From Clostridia bacterium (GTDB taxonomy: Bacteria; Bacillota; Clostridia; Saccharofermentanales; Saccharofermentanaceae): DNA of 64,000 nucleotides. Where the stretch lies: positions 22,096-86,095 of the forward strand of contig JAKSRE010000008.1 in NCBI GenBank assembly GCA_024403775.1. The letters are read 5' to 3'. Below, one piece after another: positions 1 through 9,056 of the stretch. The notes beneath the pieces are model-generated. The model searched no databases and was not told the DNA's origin. It worked only from the letters and a program-made list of their open reading frames with translations. Position numbers and translations under genes: made by a program. Every line of letters begins with the position of its first letter. Position 1 is the stretch's first letter.

Positions 1-30
1 ACGGGCTCAATTTTTCATTTTGGAGTATAT

Positions 31-933
31 ATGAAAGTATCATCTTTTTTAAGTTTTAGTGCTTTTGGAATCAGCACTATTTTGTTTAAACGTAAAAAAC
101 CAATTCTTGGAACAATAATTCTGACTGATAAGTGTAATCTTAAATGTAAGCACTGTTCAGTAAATAACATTACAGCGGTTGTTCATCCATATGAGCAGAT
201 AAAAAAAGAGATGCAGCAGCTTTACGATATGGGTATTCGCATATTGTTTTTCTGTGGTGGAGAGACATTCCTCTGGAAAAGTGGCGATAAGGATATTAGA
301 GATATTGTAAGAGAAGCCAAAGAAATGGGATTTTTAATCGTTAATGTGGTAACAAACGGAACATTTCCAATTGATTTACCAGAAGCAGATTTAATCCTTT
401 TAAGTCTTGATGGCGATAAAACGCACCATAATATGGTACGTGGTGATACCTACGATACCATTATGGAAAATATAAAAAATGCTACATCTGATAACATCTG
501 CTTTTATATGGCAATAAACCAGATTAATAAAGATGTTGTAAAAGATGTCTGCCGCCTCGCCAGAGATACCAAAAATGTAAGAGCGGTATCTTTTAATTTC
601 CATACCCCTTATCCAGATACAAGAGAATTAGCTTTATCCAAAGAAGAAAAAGCCAAGTGTTGTGAGGATATTAAAGAAATGATGAAGGAAGGCTGCCCTG
701 TATTTAATCTTAAGAGTGCTTTCCCATATTTAATAAATAATAACTTTCCAACACCTTGCCATCAGTGCGTGGTGATGGAGAATGGTAAGCTTTCTACCTG
801 TGGACGCTGTATTGAAGTTCCTGGCCTGTGTGATGAATGTGGTTATTTCTTTGTAGCAGAATATACTCTTTTATTCAGAGGTAATCCAAAGATTATTTTT
901 GAGATGCTTAAAACTTATCTAAAATACGTCTGA
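31..933 (+). CDS. radical SAM protein with C-terminal Cys-rich (SPASM/twitch-like) region
   Basis: ORF of 300 aa. CNLKCKHC is a CxxxCxxC cluster motif near the N-terminus. GGETFLW is a glycine-rich SAM motif. C-terminal cysteines occur as CHQC..CGRC..CDEC. A ggag sits upstream of the ATG. Confidence 0.8.
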   Translation: MKVSSFLSFSAFGISTILFKRKKPILGTIILTDKCNLKCKHCSVNNITAVVHPYEQIKKEMQQLYDMGIRILFFCGGETFLWKSGDKDIRDIVREAKEMGFLIVNVVTNGTFPIDLPEADLILLSLDGDKTHHNMVRGDTYDTIMENIKNATSDNICFYMAINQINKDVVKDVCRLARDTKNVRAVSFNFHTPYPDTRELALSKEEKAKCCEDIKEMMKEGCPVFNLKSAFPYLINNNFPTPCHQCVVMENGKLSTCGRCIEVPGLCDECGYFFVAEYTLLFRGNPKIIFEMLKTYLKYV

Positions 934-948
934 AAAGCGAGTATATGT

Positions 949-2208
949 ATGAGCGTAATTACTGATTTAACAAGAATGTGGCTCACACGTTCTTTTAAGC
1001 CATTTACATTTAAAAATGAATACGATAAAGTCCTTCCTTTTGAGGATTGCGATAAGCTTGGTCTTTATATTCATATACCTTTTTGTAAAAACATTTGTAG
1101 TTTCTGTCCTTACTGTAAAGTTGTTTATAATGAGGATCTTTGCAATCGATATATCGATGCATTAATTGAAGAGATAAACATAGTCGGACAAAGTTATAAA
1201 GGTGAGGGCAAAAAGACTGTCACAAGTTTATATTTTGGTGGTGGTACACCTGCATTAGCAAAAGAACGAATAAAAGAGATAATTGATGAAGTAGAAAAGT
1301 ATTTTGTTATTACAGAAGGAATAGGTCTTGAACTTCATCCTGATAATGTTGTTCCAGAGACTTTAAAAGTTCTTAAGGATGCTGGCGTTACCAAATTAAG
1401 TATTGGCATACAGTCTTTTAGTGAGAAGTTTAGAAAGATATTAGGAAGAAGTACTGTTGATATAAAATCAATGACTTTGGCTCTTAAGGAAGTTCCTTTT
1501 GAGACTGTATCAATGGATCTGATTTTTGCGCTTCCAACGCAGACTTATGAAGACTTGAAAAGTGATATAGATACTGCAATTAGTGCTGGTGCTAATCATG
1601 TTGCAATCTATCCGTTTATCGATTTTACTTTTACTTCAAGCAAGGTTCCTGTAATGAATAAAAAAGAGAAGCGTAAGCTTCTTGATGCCATCACAAATTA
1701 TTGTGACAGCAAGGGCTATGAGCGTAATTCTATCTGGACATTTGCCAGCGAAAGGGAAGCAAAATATTCTTCCATGACAAGAGAGAATTTTCTTGGATTT
1801 GGATGTTCTGCAACCACACTTCTTCGTGATCAGTTTAAGATTAATACTTTCGCGCCAGAAGAATACATTAAGAGAATAAAAGAAAGAACTCTTCCGACAT
1901 CTCTTACAATCAGATTTACCAAGCGCCAGAGGATGGTTTACTGGCTGTTTTGGACTGCCTATAGTACAAGTGTTGATGAGAGAGACTTTGAGGCTTTCTT
2001 TGGAGAGAAATTAAATAAAATGTATGGAATGGAACTTAAAATCGGAAGACTTCTTAAGTTCGTTACTTATAAAGACGGCGTTTATAAGATGACCTTAAAG
2101 GGCGCATTTTACTACCACTACTATGAGAATTTTTACACACTCTCATATATAGATAAGATGTGGGGAATTATGCGTAAGGAAGCGTTCCCAGAGGAAATAA
2201 AATTATAA
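949..2208 (+). CDS. HemN/HemW-family radical SAM protein (coproporphyrinogen-III oxidase-like)
   Basis: 419 aa. HIPFCKNICSFCPYC is a CxxxCxxC motif in the HemN-family position. YFGGGTPA motif present. Length and layout are typical of the HemN/HemW family. Confidence 0.8.
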   Translation: MSVITDLTRMWLTRSFKPFTFKNEYDKVLPFEDCDKLGLYIHIPFCKNICSFCPYCKVVYNEDLCNRYIDALIEEINIVGQSYKGEGKKTVTSLYFGGGTPALAKERIKEIIDEVEKYFVITEGIGLELHPDNVVPETLKVLKDAGVTKLSIGIQSFSEKFRKILGRSTVDIKSMTLALKEVPFETVSMDLIFALPTQTYEDLKSDIDTAISAGANHVAIYPFIDFTFTSSKVPVMNKKEKRKLLDAITNYCDSKGYERNSIWTFASEREAKYSSMTRENFLGFGCSATTLLRDQFKINTFAPEEYIKRIKERTLPTSLTIRFTKRQRMVYWLFWTAYSTSVDERDFEAFFGEKLNKMYGMELKIGRLLKFVTYKDGVYKMTLKGAFYYHYYENFYTLSYIDKMWGIMRKEAFPEEIKL

Positions 2209-3186
2209 GACTGTCTTAAATAATTCCAAAAGCATATTTTCAGATTCTGCCTGATTAGGAGACTGAGTGTAGATTGTAAATATTAGATTTGGCTCGTCAT
2301 CAGGCCACAAAGTTCTGTAGCCAAGAGAAGATATTACCTCTGGGTCGTCGATTCTTAAGCCGATAAGAATCTTCTCAGAGGAATAATGTTCATTAGTATT
2401 ATCCTCTTCTACAACGCCGCCCTTGGCGATATCGTAAGCAGTAAGAAGCTCCTGATATTCTTCTTCAGAACAGTATACAGGAGTAAGCTTCTCATACATC
2501 TCGAAAGGGAGTTCATCAGCCAGACGATTATAGAAATTTTTAAGATCTACGCAGTTTGCAAAATAATATCTGACTGTCATCTCGTCCGATATAACAATAT
2601 GTGGATTATTAAGCCACATTGTTGTTGCAGAAATCTCAGAATAAGCTTCGCTTGACTGGTTTTGGTCATTAGGAACTACAACATTAGTGTATCCTGTATA
2701 TGGCATTTTGTAGCCTAAGCCTTTAAGAAAGTTATCGTAATATTCATTCTCAACATAAAAGTGGCCGAGAGATACAATTGCTACGTCTGTTCTAGGTGCG
2801 AAGAACATCTGGTAAAAAAGATTACCACAGGTGATAATGATGATTATTGCAATGAGATATTTATACCAGGTGTACTGAATATAGTTAATCCATTCATCGG
2901 AGGTTTTGCCAAGGTATTTTTTTGCCTTTTCACGCTTCTCAGAAGCTTCAACTCGCTCGTCTCTTTTGCCTGTTGCAATATCATAGATGGTGGATAATTC
3001 CTCAACTTTTTTCTTGCCCTCTTCAGAAGTATCCATTCTGTATCTTTTGGTTAATTGCCAGAATTTATCATCAATAACATATGTAGTTGCATCTTCATCA
3101 AGTCCGAGGTACTTTAATGCCTCGGCTTTTGTCATCTTATCATAGTCTATGTTCTCAATATTCTTTATATCTTCGTTGGGATTCAT
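2203..3186 (-). CDS. hypothetical single-pass membrane protein (J-domain-like N-terminus, one TM, extracytoplasmic domain)
   Basis: Long ORF of 327 aa, convergent with the preceding gene. One hydrophobic segment (YLIAIIIIITCGNLFYQMFF). No recognisable catalytic motif. Confidence 0.55.
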   Translation of the reverse strand: MNPNEDIKNIENIDYDKMTKAEALKYLGLDEDATTYVIDDKFWQLTKRYRMDTSEEGKKKVEELSTIYDIATGKRDERVEASEKREKAKKYLGKTSDEWINYIQYTWYKYLIAIIIIITCGNLFYQMFFAPRTDVAIVSLGHFYVENEYYDNFLKGLGYKMPYTGYTNVVVPNDQNQSSEAYSEISATTMWLNNPHIVISDEMTVRYYFANCVDLKNFYNRLADELPFEMYEKLTPVYCSEEEYQELLTAYDIAKGGVVEEDNTNEHYSSEKILIGLRIDDPEVISSLGYRTLWPDDEPNLIFTIYTQSPNQAESENMLLELFKTVL

Positions 3187-3254
3187 ACTGCCTCACAAAT
3201 TAATATCTTTATCACTATGTAATCTATTATATCAAATTGTAGCCGCTATGTAAT

Positions 3255-3283
3255 TTGACTGTAGGGAGAATGAATAGTAAAAT
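3255..3283 (+). promoter_or_regulatory. candidate sigma-A promoter of glmM (TTGACT-17-TAAAAT)
   Basis: ttgact at 3255-3260, a 17-nt spacer, and taaaat at 3278-3283, about 50 nt upstream of the glmM ATG. Confidence 0.45.
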
Positions 3284-3335
3284 TTATTAAGTTTACCTAG
3301 CAAAAAGCTTTTTGCAATTTTGGGGAGGTAGTTTA

Positions 3336-4730
3336 ATGTCTAAGTATTTTGGAACTGATGGATTTCGTGGTGAGGCAAACGTTAATCTTACAGTAGATCA
3401 TGCTTATAAGATTGGTAAGTTCATTGGCTGGTATTATGGCCAGAATAAGAAAAATGGTGAGCGTGCAAGAATTGTAATTGGTAAGGATACACGTCGTTCA
3501 AGTTATATGTTTGAAGATGTACTTGCTGGTGCAATTGCTTCAACAGGTGCTGAAGCCTGTCTTCTTCATGTAACAACAACTCCAAGTGTTGCTTATGTTG
3601 CAAGAACAGAAGATTTTGACTGTGGTGTCATGATTACAGCGAGCCATAATCCATTTAAAGATAACGGTATTAAATTGATTAACTGTAACGGTGAGAAGAT
3701 GGATGACAAGACCATTGAGGCCGTAGAACAGTATATTGATGGAATCTATAGACCAGAAGGCATATCACAGGATACTCCTTGGGATATTCCACTTGCTACA
3801 GGTGGTGACATTGGTGTAGTAGTTGACTATGTATGTGGACGTAACCGCTATGTAGGCTACCTTGTATCACTTGCCAGATTCTCTTTCAGAGGCATGAAGG
3901 TTGGTCTTGACTGTGCCAATGGCTCAGCATGGCAGATTGCAAAATCAGTATTTGATACTCTCGGCGCAGATACTTATGTAATAAATAATAAGCCAGACGG
4001 AGTAAATGTAAATTTAAATGCTGGTTCTACTCATATGGAAGGATTGCAGAAATTAGTAGTCGACAATAAACTTGATATCGGTTTTGCGTTTGACGGCGAT
4101 GCTGACAGATGCCTTGCAGTAGATGAGAACGGTAAAATTGTAAATGGTGATGAGATTATGTATATCTACGCTAAATACATGCATTCCAAGGGATCTTTTG
4201 AAGGAACTAAGCTTGTAACGACAGTAATGAGTAACTTCGGTCTTTATAAGGCATTAGATGAACTTGGTATCGGCTATGAGAAGACAAAAGTAGGCGATAA
4301 ATATGTATATGAGAATATGGTTGCTAATAATCATATCTTAGGTGGTGAGCAGTCAGGTCACATTATTTTCCGTAAATATGCTACAACAGGCGATGGCATG
4401 ATTACTGCTCTTAAGGTAATGCAGTGTATGCTTGAGCAGAAGAGTAAACTCTCTGAACTTGTTAGTGGCGTTACAATGTACCCACAGGTACTTAAGAATG
4501 TAGTTGTTACTGATAAGGAAACGGTTTTTGATAGCGACATCGTAAAAAATGCAGTGAAGAAGTGTGAAGATGAACTTGGTGATACAGGACGTATCCTTCT
4601 TCGTCCAAGTGGTACAGAGCCACTCGTTAGAGTTATGGCAGAAGCCAAGACTTTGGAGTCCTGCGAAGAGAAAGTTGACTATATCATTAACAGCATAAAA
4701 GAAGCAGGTATGCTCATTAAGATTAAATAA
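3336..4730 (+). CDS. glmM: phosphoglucosamine mutase
   Basis: MSKYFGTDGFRG N-terminus, TASHNP phosphoserine loop, FDGDADR metal loop and GEQSGH sugar loop. I moved the start to ATG 3336, which lies behind a ggggagg RBS; the ORF track starts at 3312. Confidence 0.93.
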   Translation: MSKYFGTDGFRGEANVNLTVDHAYKIGKFIGWYYGQNKKNGERARIVIGKDTRRSSYMFEDVLAGAIASTGAEACLLHVTTTPSVAYVARTEDFDCGVMITASHNPFKDNGIKLINCNGEKMDDKTIEAVEQYIDGIYRPEGISQDTPWDIPLATGGDIGVVVDYVCGRNRYVGYLVSLARFSFRGMKVGLDCANGSAWQIAKSVFDTLGADTYVINNKPDGVNVNLNAGSTHMEGLQKLVVDNKLDIGFAFDGDADRCLAVDENGKIVNGDEIMYIYAKYMHSKGSFEGTKLVTTVMSNFGLYKALDELGIGYEKTKVGDKYVYENMVANNHILGGEQSGHIIFRKYATTGDGMITALKVMQCMLEQKSKLSELVSGVTMYPQVLKNVVVTDKETVFDSDIVKNAVKKCEDELGDTGRILLRPSGTEPLVRVMAEAKTLESCEEKVDYIINSIKEAGMLIKIK

Positions 4731-4742
4731 TGGAGATTAAAA

Positions 4743-5414
4743 ATGGCTAAAAACATTATTAAAGTAAATGAGTTATATGATCTTACAAAGACAATTGCGC
4801 TAGACCTTTTATCAAGCAAAGAATATCCTTGGGAAGCTCTGGCTGAGATAAAAGATTTTATCTTAAAGCTAGGACCTACATTAGATACTGAAGAGTTTGA
4901 TAATCCTTCAGAAGGTGTCTGGATAGCTAAGGATGCAAAAGTTTTTCCATCAGCTTATATCGGAAGTCCATGCATTATAGATCATGGCGCTGAAGTTAGA
5001 CATTGTGCATTTATCAGAGGCTCAGCTATCGTTGGTAAGAATTCAGTAGTTGGTAATTCAACAGAACTTAAGAATGTAATCCTCTTTGATAACGTTCAGG
5101 TTCCTCATTATAACTATGTAGGCGACAGCGTTCTTGGATATAAGTCACATATGGGTGCTGGTTCTATAACAAGTAATGTTAAGAGCGACAAGACTCTCGT
5201 TGTAGTTAAGTCAAGCGAGGAAGAGATTCCAACAGGGCTTAAGAAGTTTGGTGCGATGCTTGGTGACTTTGTTGAGGTCGGCTGTAACAGCGTATTAAAT
5301 CCAGGCACTGTAATCGGCCCACATTCAAATGTTTATCCTACTTCCTGTGTTCGCGGAGTTATCCCTGAGAACAGTATTTTTAAGGATAAGAACAATATAG
5401 TTGAGAAGATTTGA
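4743..5414 (+). CDS. left-handed beta-helix (hexapeptide) acyltransferase resembling the C-terminal acetyltransferase domain of GlmU
   Basis: 223 aa. Hexapeptide repeats are visible (VGDSVLGYKSHMGAGSITSN, GDFVEVGCNSVLNPGTVIG). There is no nucleotidyltransferase N-domain. The gene lies directly downstream of glmM. Confidence 0.7.
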   Translation: MAKNIIKVNELYDLTKTIALDLLSSKEYPWEALAEIKDFILKLGPTLDTEEFDNPSEGVWIAKDAKVFPSAYIGSPCIIDHGAEVRHCAFIRGSAIVGKNSVVGNSTELKNVILFDNVQVPHYNYVGDSVLGYKSHMGAGSITSNVKSDKTLVVVKSSEEEIPTGLKKFGAMLGDFVEVGCNSVLNPGTVIGPHSNVYPTSCVRGVIPENSIFKDKNNIVEKI

Positions 5415-5422
5415 CAGTTTGT

Positions 5423-5452
5423 AACCTCTCGTGTGTTCGGGAGGTTATTTTA
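5423..5452 (+). terminator. intrinsic terminator
   Basis: Hairpin aacctctcg-tgtgtt-cgggaggtt followed by attttat. Confidence 0.6.
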
Positions 5453-5512
5453 TAATTTACTTTTTCGAAAATAAAACTTCATACTAAAAAATTGCTTTTA
5501 TTAACAAATAGT

Positions 5513-5541
5513 TTGACTATCAAAATAATTAGTGATAAATT
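5513..5541 (+). promoter_or_regulatory. candidate sigma-A promoter (TTGACT-17-TAAATT)
   Basis: ttgact at 5513-5518, a 17-nt spacer, and taaatt at 5536-5541, upstream of the acyl-CoA synthetase gene. Confidence 0.4.
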
Positions 5542-5595
5542 ATACTCATATTAAGTTTAGGCAATTTAGGGAAATGTTATTTGGAGGAAATTATA

Positions 5596-7326
5596 ATGGA
5601 TGCAAAAGACGTAAAAACTTACAATAGCGTTAAAGAAGTTATTAATGCTACTGTAGCTCAATATAAGAACGACGTTGCTTTCAGAGTAAAGGTTAAGGCA
5701 GGAAAGGAGCCTGAGTATAAAGATTATACTTTCGGTGAGTTTCTTGATAATGTAAATGCAGTTGGTTCAGCTTTTTATAAGGCTGGCCTTAAGGGCAAGA
5801 GAATCGCAATTGTTGGTCGTAATCAGTATTACTGGGTTGTACCACACATCGCATGTCTTATCGGTGGCATAGTATCAGTACCTATTGACAAGGAACTTCC
5901 ATTAGGAGAGCTTGAGGATTCTCTTGTAAGAGCAGAAGTAGACGCAATTGTATTCGATTCAAAGTACAAAGAGAATATCGATATCATCCGTTTAAATGGT
6001 AAGACAACAATTAAAGAATATTTCTGCATGAATGAGAAACTTGATGGCATGGCTTCTATAGAGGAATTGATTAAAGAAGGTGAGGCAGTAATTGCTTCTG
6101 GCGATTATTCATTTATCGAGTGTCAGCCAGATCCATCAAGAATGGCAATTCTTCTTTTTACTTCAGGTACAACATCAAAGTCAAAGGCAGTTATGCTCTC
6201 TGACCATGGTATCGCAGTAAATGTTTCTGATCTTCTCGCTACAGAGATTTTTAGAGAGCACTGTACAAATATCGCATTCCTTCCATACCACCATATTCTT
6301 GGTTCTACAGGAATGTTGTTCTGTATCGCTGATGGCATGAGAACTGTGTTCTCAGATGGTATCCGTTATATTCAGCAGAATTTCTCTGAGTATGGCGTTG
6401 ACTTCTTCCTTGGTGTTCCAGCCCTTGTTGATAAGATGTATGAATCAGTCGAAAAGGGTATCGCTAAGCAGGGTAAGACCAAGGCCGTAGCCTTTGCCAA
6501 GAAGTTATCAAGATTCCTTCTTTTCTTCCACATCGATGTTAGACGCAAGCTCTTTGGTTCTATCATTCAGCAGCTTGGTGGTAACTTAAATTACATCATC
6601 TCTGGTGGTGCCCCATTAAGTGCGAGAGTAGCTGAAGGTTTCCATGATTTTGGTATAGATATTTATCAGGGATACGGTCTTACTGAGACATCTCCTGTTC
6701 TTGTAGCAGAGAACTATCAGTATCACAGATTTGGTTCAATTGGTAAGGCACTTCCACATGTTACAGCAGAGATGAAAGACAAGGGCGAAGACGGTATGGG
6801 TGAGCTTTGTGTTAAGGCTCCAAACGTAATGCTCGGATACTATAAGAATGAGGAACTTACTAATGAAGTTATCGACAAGGATGGCTGGTTCCACACAGGC
6901 GACCTCGGATATATTGACAAGGATGGATATATTTTCCTTACAGGTCGTAAGAAGGATATGATTGTTCTTAAAAATGGTAAGAAGGCATTCCCAGAAGAGA
7001 TTGAGATGCTTATTAACCGCCTTCCAGGCATACTTGATTCATTCGTTTATGGCGAGCCAATCGATGGTGATTATACAGATTTAAGAATCTGCTGCGAGGT
7101 TCAGTTCGACAAGAAAGCTTGTAAGGAGTTATATGGCGAAGATGAGAGTGCTATAAGAGATGGCATCTGGAACAGCATTAAGGAACTTAATCAGACTATC
7201 CCTCACTATAAGAGAGTAACTGATTTGTACCTCACAGAGGAGAATTTTATTAAGACAACTTCGCTTAAGATTAAGCGTAAGGAGGAACTCCAGAAAGTCT
7301 TGAAGGCGAAGGGTCTTATTAAGTAA
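5596..7326 (+). CDS. AMP-dependent synthetase/ligase (long-chain fatty-acid--CoA ligase-like)
   Basis: AMP-binding motif LFTSGTTSKSKAV, plus GYGLTET and TGDLGYIDKDGY motifs. The start is placed at ATG 5596, behind ggagg. Confidence 0.88.
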   Translation: MDAKDVKTYNSVKEVINATVAQYKNDVAFRVKVKAGKEPEYKDYTFGEFLDNVNAVGSAFYKAGLKGKRIAIVGRNQYYWVVPHIACLIGGIVSVPIDKELPLGELEDSLVRAEVDAIVFDSKYKENIDIIRLNGKTTIKEYFCMNEKLDGMASIEELIKEGEAVIASGDYSFIECQPDPSRMAILLFTSGTTSKSKAVMLSDHGIAVNVSDLLATEIFREHCTNIAFLPYHHILGSTGMLFCIADGMRTVFSDGIRYIQQNFSEYGVDFFLGVPALVDKMYESVEKGIAKQGKTKAVAFAKKLSRFLLFFHIDVRRKLFGSIIQQLGGNLNYIISGGAPLSARVAEGFHDFGIDIYQGYGLTETSPVLVAENYQYHRFGSIGKALPHVTAEMKDKGEDGMGELCVKAPNVMLGYYKNEELTNEVIDKDGWFHTGDLGYIDKDGYIFLTGRKKDMIVLKNGKKAFPEEIEMLINRLPGILDSFVYGEPIDGDYTDLRICCEVQFDKKACKELYGEDESAIRDGIWNSIKELNQTIPHYKRVTDLYLTEENFIKTTSLKIKRKEELQKVLKAKGLIK

Positions 7327-7380
7327 GAATCTCCTTCTCGAAAGTAGTTTCCACAAAATATCAAAATATTAGCGTCGGAG

Positions 7381-7420
7381 GGTTATAAGTCCCCCCCCGG
7401 CGCTTTTGTTATGGTTATGT
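7381..7420 (+). terminator. intrinsic terminator
   Basis: GC-rich hairpin agcgtcggaggg-ttataagt-ccccccccggcgct followed by ttttgtt. Confidence 0.6.
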
Positions 7421-7466
7421 GGAGGGTGCGGGTGAGGAGATTGTGGATTTTAAAGTCTTGGGATTA

Positions 7467-8036
7467 AAAGTCTATGTATGTGGTCTAGGTAGCCTAGACC
7501 AGTGACCTGGAATTTAAGGGTTAAAACGCCCAAAGTCTATGTATATGGTCTAGGTAGCCTAGACCAGTAACCTGGAATTTAAGGGTTAAAACGCCCAAAG
7601 TCTATGTACATGGTCTAGGTAACCTAGACCAGTGACCTGGAATTTAAGGTCTAAAACGTCAAAAGTCTATGTACATGGTCTAGGTAGCCTAGACCAGTAA
7701 CCTGGAATTTAAGGGTTAAAACGCCCAAAGTCTATGTACATGGTCTAGGTAACCTAGACCAGTGACCTGGAATTTAAGGTCTAAAACGTCAAAAGTCTAT
7801 GTACATGGTCTAGGTAGCCTAGACCAGTGACCTAGAATTTAAGGGTTAAAACGCCAAAAGTCTATGTACGTGGTCTAGGTAGCCTAGACCAGTGACCTAG
7901 AATTTAAGGTCTAAAACGCCAAAAGTCTATGTATGTGGTCTAGGTAGCCTAGACCAGTGACCTAGAATTTAAGGTCTAAAACGTCAAAAGTCTATGTACA
8001 TGGTCTAGGTAGCCTAGACCAGTAACCTGGAATTTA
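7467..8036. repeat. tandem array of 9 type-A units (65-bp period) each with the hairpin ggtctagg-tag-cctagacc
   Basis: Unit starts (aaagtctatgta) were indexed by hand at 7467, 7532, 7597, 7662, 7727, 7792, 7857, 7922 and 7987. Confidence 0.97.
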
Positions 8037-8041
8037 TGACT

Positions 8042-8183
8042 TTCACGGTGAGATGTCGCGGTAGCCGGTACACTCTACCGCGGATTTGAGGTCAAAACAG
8101 CGATTTTTCACGGTAAGATGTCGCGGTAGCCGGTACACTCTACCGCGAATTAACGGTACAACGTTACGGTAACCGTCACATGC
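8042..8183. repeat. two type-B units (65-bp period, hairpin cgcggtag-N10-ctaccgcg) plus one diverged B-like (C') unit
   Basis: The ttcacggt units start at 8042 and 8107. They are followed by aacggtacaacgttacggtaaccgtcac. The same modules recur at 41.1 kb and 62.7 kb. Confidence 0.9.
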
Positions 8184-8362
8184 ACGCCCCGATTCCTCCG
8201 CCACTACTACCACTTACAAGGCTGCTACCATAAACTTAGACGCCACTGTCAACCTGTCCCACCACCGCCTGGTCCGCTGTCACTATCATAATCGAATCAA
8301 ACTAATTATCCATTAGAACTTATTGGTTTATAATAATTAATAAAAAAACAAAGAGGCATAAA

Positions 8363-8896
8363 ATGGTCTATTTTAGTAATGAAGAAATATTAATTCGTGA
8401 TATGGTTTCAAGTGATGCGCAGATAATAACAGATTTGGAGATTAAGCAGGGTTGGAATCAGACTATAGATAAATATAATAAGCGACTTAAGGATCAGGAA
8501 GACGGAAAATCTTATGCGATTGTGGCTGAGTATAAAGGATGCATCGCTGGATATATAAATGTTTATTTGAATTCTGATGAGGGACCTTATAAAAATCTTG
8601 GGATACCTGAGATAGTGGATTTGGGTGTTCTTAAAGAATACCGTAATAAAGGTATCGGAAATAAACTACTGGATATTGCCGAAGATATATCTTCTAAGCA
8701 TTCTGATCAAGTTTTCTTAGCGGTTGGACTTCATAATGGATATGGAGCAGCTCAGCGTATGTATGTAAAGCGTGGATATATTCCTGATGGATCTGGCGTG
8801 TGGTATGAAGGTCAGGTTTTACCACAATATGAGAAATGCGTTAATGATGATAGTTTGGTATTATTTTTTGCGAAAAGCTTGGCTAAAGAGAATTAA
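8363..8896 (+). CDS. GNAT family N-acetyltransferase
   Basis: 177 aa. Acetyl-CoA binding motif EYRNKGIGNKLL (R/Q-x-x-G-x-G/A). Confidence 0.8.
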   Translation: MVYFSNEEILIRDMVSSDAQIITDLEIKQGWNQTIDKYNKRLKDQEDGKSYAIVAEYKGCIAGYINVYLNSDEGPYKNLGIPEIVDLGVLKEYRNKGIGNKLLDIAEDISSKHSDQVFLAVGLHNGYGAAQRMYVKRGYIPDGSGVWYEGQVLPQYEKCVNDDSLVLFFAKSLAKEN

Positions 8897-9056
8897 TTAA
8901 ATCATCGTGGTAATCTAACGTAACAAATAATCTGACCAGAATCACCAAATAACGTACTGTAACATTGTTACAAATACTATATATGTAATTGAAGTGAATA
9001 AATCGCTTGTGATAAAATTTATATAGTTTAAGTTTAAACTTTAGAGGTAAAAGTAT

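Noticed and set aside
7467-8036. Possible CRISPR array. The regular 65-bp period is compatible with a repeat plus spacer of about 32+33 bp. The same applies to 62774-63148.
   Set aside because: There are no unique spacers. The whole 65-bp unit is conserved between copies and between loci, with only a handful of point polymorphisms. No cas genes are present in the window. CRISPR finders may nevertheless flag these arrays.
7467-8036. The CTATGTAC core of the A units reminded me of the Bacillus RTP/Ter replication-terminator consensus.
   Set aside because: My memory of that consensus is not firm, and RTP is restricted to Bacillus relatives. Three co-oriented multi-copy arrays inside a strongly co-directional gene region is also not how Ter sites are organised. 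I treat it as a chance 8-mer match.
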